Of a DNA stretch of 64,000 bases, positions 58,759 through 64,000 are shown one piece after another (positions within the stretch are counted from its first letter, which is position 1; every line of letters begins with the position of its first letter). Origin of the DNA: Magallana gigas (taxonomy: Eukaryota); contig NC_088856.1 of assembly GCF_963853765.1 (NCBI RefSeq), positions 1,612,001 to 1,676,000 of the forward strand. The letters are read 5' to 3'. Made by a program: the position numbers and the translations under genes. The notes under the pieces are model-generated. The model was not told the DNA's origin and ran no database searches. It worked only from the letters and a program-made list of their open reading frames with translations.

Positions 58759-60409
58759 TCAGAAGTTATCACTGCTGTTAGCCAGGCTGTGGTAGGAGAA
58801 CTCCCGCCCACTCTTGATGTTAGACACAACACACGCACTGACCGCGCTCCTCCCAAAGTTCAGGGGGAATAACCCCCGCCAGGCCTTCTTCACGGGGTCG
58901 TATTCCTCCGTGTTTGGGGACGTAGTGGAACCTGATTGGAGAAGAAGCAGAACAGTACCTTTAGTATAGGGACATTTAAATCATTGTTATCATCTTGCTG
59001 TACAAACTGTTCAGTTAAACGTAGATTTAGCAATAAATATCAGTAATTCGTTAATTCTACATAATTTCAACAATGCCAAGTTTTATAATTGGATTTAATG
59101 TAGACATTGTACAGTGAAACATAGGTATAGGGAACAAGCTTATAATGAATTCATGCCACTAGTGAAGTCAGTGTCATTCCACCTATCTAAATTGATAACG
59201 GATCGGAAATAACAAGTTAGGTTTAGAACAAATCAAAATATTTGGTTGTTTGTGGTTGTGTTTGTTTTACTGTGTTTTATTTATGGTCTGTTGAACTGGT
59301 ATTGATGAGAGAGCTATCTTACCATCGTATCCACCAATGACCACCAGCTTCCCGTCAAGTATTACAGCAGCAAAGTTACTTCGTCCCTGTAACATGGAAG
59401 ACATGGGATACCAGCAACGGGTCAGGCTACTGTACCGCTCCACTACACAAAACAACATAGCCCTAAATATTTCATATACAAAATGTGTTCACAACATTAC
59501 TGAGGCAAATATGTGCACATTAGTTATGCGAGGAACTTTTCATATATTTTTAAATGTTTGAATTTTACAGGATCTGAAATTTTGCCATTTGTTTTTATTT
59601 TTAGTAACAACCCAATTACTATTTTTAGCCATAAGTTTCTATTTTTAGTAACAATCCAATTACTAATTTTAGCCATAAGTAACGTTGTGAAAAGCTTGAA
59701 ATCATTTACTATTTAATAAGTATATGTAATGAATTAAATCACATGCTGAACCACTATCTTACGTGTGATTATCAAATGAGATAAATGATAAAAGTGTTTG
59801 ATAAGTATACCTGACGCCAGCCGGTCGCTGCCGTTGTAACCACCCAAGGCAACCAGTTCTCTATTTAACGCCACCAGAACAACGCCACTTCTCCGTGACG
59901 TCATCTCCGGTAGCATCGTCCATTGGTCAGTTAATGGATCGTAGTACTCGGAGGAGTCCAGACAGGAAGTACCGTCAAAACCCCCGGCAATGAATATCTT
60001 GCCTAGAATAATTTAATACGTTTCTATTATTAATTAAAGGCACCTTAATTGAGGGTACCCACGAAATAAAAGCATTTCTAACAGAAATCGGCAACACAAT
60101 TGCCGTTAATAGATGTCTATCTGACATAAAAATAAAATATAAGTATTAGAAAACGTATCAATTTTGTTTTGATAACATCAATACATTATGTTATCAAAAT
60201 ATTATGACCGAAGCTTTATGTAAAAAACGACACAAAATAGCATTATTGTACGAATAATTTTTGCTATTTCTTTAAGTATCTGAATCTGTCATTTCAATTT
60301 GCAAATCAAATTTTGTAAAAGAAAAAAATATCAATCCAAGCCATCTGGGGAGAGTTTCCATTTAAGAAAAAAAGATCTATCTGTATTACGGAAACTATTC
60401 TGGTTAGTT

Positions 60410-60473
<64 letters not shown>

Positions 60474-61937
60474 CGTCTAGTGACGTGGCCCCGGCGTCGC
60501 TACGTTTCCTCCACATTGGCTGTACGTGCGTCCATTGGTTTTTCAGCGGGTCGTATTTTTCCACCGAATCTTGTCGATTTCGTCCGTCAAATCCCCCGCA
60601 TGCGTAAATCAAACCTACAGTCCGTGATTCAGAAAAATATGAAGTAAGTTTTTGAATTTTCTTTAAGTTTGCGCAAAAGTTAACGTGAAATTCCGACCAA
60701 GACACGTACTTAATTCTTTATTTAAATACAATATATTTATTTCCAATGCGGACTTAAAAAACAACTGGTGCCCCTTCAGCTTTACAAACAAAGCTTTACC
60801 GTTTAGTTCCACGGCGCTGACGTAACACCTCATGATGTACATGGGCGCCCTCTCCTCCCACGTCTTGTCGTCGGGGAAGAACCGGTAGACGCTGTTCAGG
60901 TACTGGTTGCCGTCAAAGCCGCCGATGATGAAGATGCTATCGTCCATGAAGACCGTGCCGTGATAGGCGCGGGAACTGGGCATGCTCGGTTTGGTGACGT
61001 ACCAGCGGTCCACGTTCTTGTCATACGTTTCCATGGTTTCCACCACCCCGCTACTGGACCAACCCCCCACGGTAAAGATAATCTCTGGGGGGACCCGAGG
61101 TCTCAACAACGTATTGTTGTCGTCTATGATGAACGGACTCTCGTAGAATATGCGCATTAGGTTTGCGACCCTGTTGATGAGCTTTTTGCAGTCTCTAAGA
61201 GTCAACAACGTTTTGTTTCTCTGAATTTTGGTTTGGAAGAAATCGAGATTAACGAAACAAAAACGAACAGATTTAAGAAGATTTGTGTAATGATCTTTTC
61301 TGCCCCTTGTGTCATAATCCACCCATCTCTGAATCGCCGCAAAAACTTCGCTTTCGTTCCGCACAGAAAGATCGTCATCGTCCAAAATTTCTTTCAAGTC
61401 ATCGACATGCAGCTGAAGATACTCTTGACTCTTTTCAACAACCTCTTTGAAATTACGAATGATGTAGTTCCAGGTGTTCTGTGACAGTTGTTCACAGTTG
61501 TAAAATCGCGAAAATTTGAAAATTCCAATGCAGTTCTCCGGAGAGATTTGATCATAAAGGTAGTTGGTACATTCTCTCAAAAGTCCGAAAACATGAAATC
61601 TGTCCGATGCTGCCAAAAGATCTTCCACATTATCTGGTGTGATGATCGCCTTTCGGATGTATGCGTACTGGATGATTTGGTTCATCGTATTCGCTGATAC
61701 ACCGTGAATGGAGATCTCATTCTCCTCAGATTCCTTCAAACCAGACGTAAACAGCGATCTAAAATAATGACTGCAGCTTGCCATGACGTTTCTGTGAACT
61801 GGTAAACGGGTGTTGTCAACTGGAGTCTTGATGAAGGCATCGCAAAAAATCCCCTGTAGACGCATTTCGTGTAGTTGGGTTTGGGGATCCATGTCAAAAA
61901 CATTGTCCACTTGTAGATCAGTCATTGTGGTCTCCAT
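58759..61937 (-). CDS. KLHL10: Kelch-like protein (BTB-BACK-6 Kelch), KLHL10-like
   Basis: Exons 61937-60800, 60614-60474, 60002-59811, 59442-59323 and 58931-58759; 587 aa. BTB (HRNVMASCSHYFRSLFT), BACK (ENCIGI...L), RPRVP, and GG-Y-W kelch repeats. The orthology symbol is tentative. Confidence 0.8.
60412..60470. repeat. (CT/AG)n microsatellite adjacent to a kelch-gene splice donor
   Basis: Direct reading. Confidence 0.97.
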
Positions 61938-63139
61938 TCACACGCGGTCAAAAAGTAAATAGACGTTAATTTAGGCTACGTCATATATTGCGACGTCATA
62001 ATAAACGTTGAAATTAATTTCGGGAAAAGCCGCTACGACAATTTTTGTTATTTTTTGTTATCTCAAAAGATTAAAAGATCGTTATAAATTAACAAATACA
62101 AAATTAAAATCGTTGATATTGTATTGAAGTTGTCCCTTAGTTTCACTGTGGGGTTCAGGGGAGGGGGATAAACTAAACGTTGAAGTTGCATGCCCAACAC
62201 ACCCCGATTTTCCAAAAATGAAGGTTTTGTTAAACATAAACGTAAGTATGATAAGACATCAGGCAACAATTGCTAATTTTCCACATACAGCACTATATAT
62301 GATATACCGGCATTATTTCGAATACATACGAGGGTTTTTTTTGGGGGGGGCGGGGGGAGTAGGGTCACGGGTATTAATCAGCGATTTTTTTCCCTATAAA
62401 TTAATGTTTTTGGGGGGGTTTTTTGGGGTTTTTTTCCTTTTTTTGTTTTTTTTTTATAGCCATGACATTTAGATAACTACTGAAATTTCTATAATTGATT
62501 TCTTTTGGCGTTACAATATAATTGTAAGAGTCATAAACGTGATTAAAACTTTGGGAATAGTGGTTTCAAACCTCATCTATATAAACCAACTTTTAGAGCG
62601 GAATTAAATCTCTATTCCTAACAACACCCCCCCCCCCCCCCCCACCACACACACACACAGGCGGTTGTTTCTGTAATTAAGAAACACTATAATTATATTT
62701 AAAATATGGTATGAACTTTACCCCCCCCCCCCCCCAAACACAAACACATACACACACTTTATTGAATAGGAGTGACTTCCCTTGGCACTAGTAAACAGGA
62801 AGTCATACAAAAATACGCACTTTCACTTTGGTGTATTGCTTAATCGCATATATTATATTGCAATGTAATTTGCGGATTTTTTTTACTTTTGTGACTCTAA
62901 TTGCTCAATCGCATATATTGCAAAGTAATTTGTGGGATTTTTACTTCTGCGACTCTACTTGTTCAGGTAACGTCTCTCTCTCTCTCTCTCTTTTTCCTCT
63001 CATCTCTCTCAGTTTTCAAAGAAAAGGTGTTGATTTTCTCCAACTGGTTATTTTAGATTATAGGCCCTATATATAATCTGGATAGACTGACTGACTGTGT
63101 GAGCTACACTTTAATACAACTGCTGTACAAGAAAAGGGA

Positions 63140-63215
63140 ATGAAGAGCTTACATTGTCTAGAAATTTTGTGCGCATTCTTAGGTGTCTTATCCCTTGTGT
63201 CTGCTCATCAAACAG
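63140..63215 (+). CDS. First coding exon of a secreted or membrane protein (signal peptide); the rest is not identified in the window
   Basis: MKSLHCLEILCAFLGVLSLVSAHQT-G|gtaac: hydrophobic core, VSA-H cleavage pattern and a phase-1 donor. Confidence 0.65.
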
Positions 63216-64000
63216 GTAACACACTATGTAAACAGTAATAATATTTGTTATCTAACAATCAGGTATTTTATTTTGAATTATCATGTACCCCAGGAATTAT
63301 TAGAAATTTAAATGTGGGTATTTTTGTTTCCTTATATAACTGGTATATAACTTAAAGGTATACTTTTGTTTCATATCCTCTGTGTTGATTCTCATTAAAT
63401 ATATTCTTCTTCATTTTCCATCAAAAAACTCCATCTGAACACTCCATCAGGATGTACACCAGCCAAGGGTTTCAATGGATCCAATTCTCTTCTCTTGAAG
63501 AGGAGCAGATTATAAACCCTCGGCTAGACGTCATGACTACCGACCAGACACCAGATCAGACCCCAACTAAACCCGTGTTTACTTTTGGGTTTACTCCGGG
63601 TCTGCTTTTCAAAAATTTGCATCCACTCAGAGTTTACTTAATTTGGGTCCAATGGAGGTTACTTTAGGTTTATGCAGGGTTGCTTTTGGGGTCCACTTTA
63701 CCCACTGAAGTGTGAAGCAGACCTGTCTTTTATCTTACCATCTTAATGCCTGTAAGCCCCACCCATAGTATATTCCAAATACACATGTAGCATCTGCTTC
63801 CGGGATCTACTTCTGATCAGGGTTTACTCTCGGTGTCCACTCTGCATTTACTCTGGGTTTACTCAAGGTTAACTCTGAGTCTGCTCTAGTAAACCTGGAA
63901 AGTAAACCCAGGGTTTAGTATGGGTCTACTTTCTGTTAGGTTGAGTCTGATCGGTACTGTAGATGACAAAATTCATGAATGATGTCGATAATTTGATTTT

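Overview
AT-rich, intron-containing animal genomic DNA, most consistent with an oyster (ostreid bivalve); this is inferred from the repeat families and gene content. All alignments and gene models were made by eye. Left half (1-31.5 kb): a tandem array of three minus-strand cGAS-like receptor (cGLR, Mab-21 nucleotidyltransferase + TPR-like tail) paralogues. Each has a 23-nt first coding exon that the ORF track misses. Copy 2 carries two in-frame stops; copy 3 carries one stop that separates the enzyme from its C-terminal helical domain. The introns and spacers hold MITEs, LINE remnants, satellites and a nearly intact hAT transposon. Right half: LRGUK (minus, 16 exons) lies head-to-head with a Slob/PXK-like gene (plus, 14 exons; N-terminal membrane anchor, pseudokinase, poly-Pro, WH2). 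The 9.65-kb intron 10 of that gene contains an inverted pair of intronless PADRE-motif TALE homeobox genes, each preceded by the same 56-bp minisatellite. These are followed by a convergent KLHL10-like kelch gene and the signal-peptide exon of a further gene. The most notable systems are the nested homeobox palindrome and the diversifying cGLR array.
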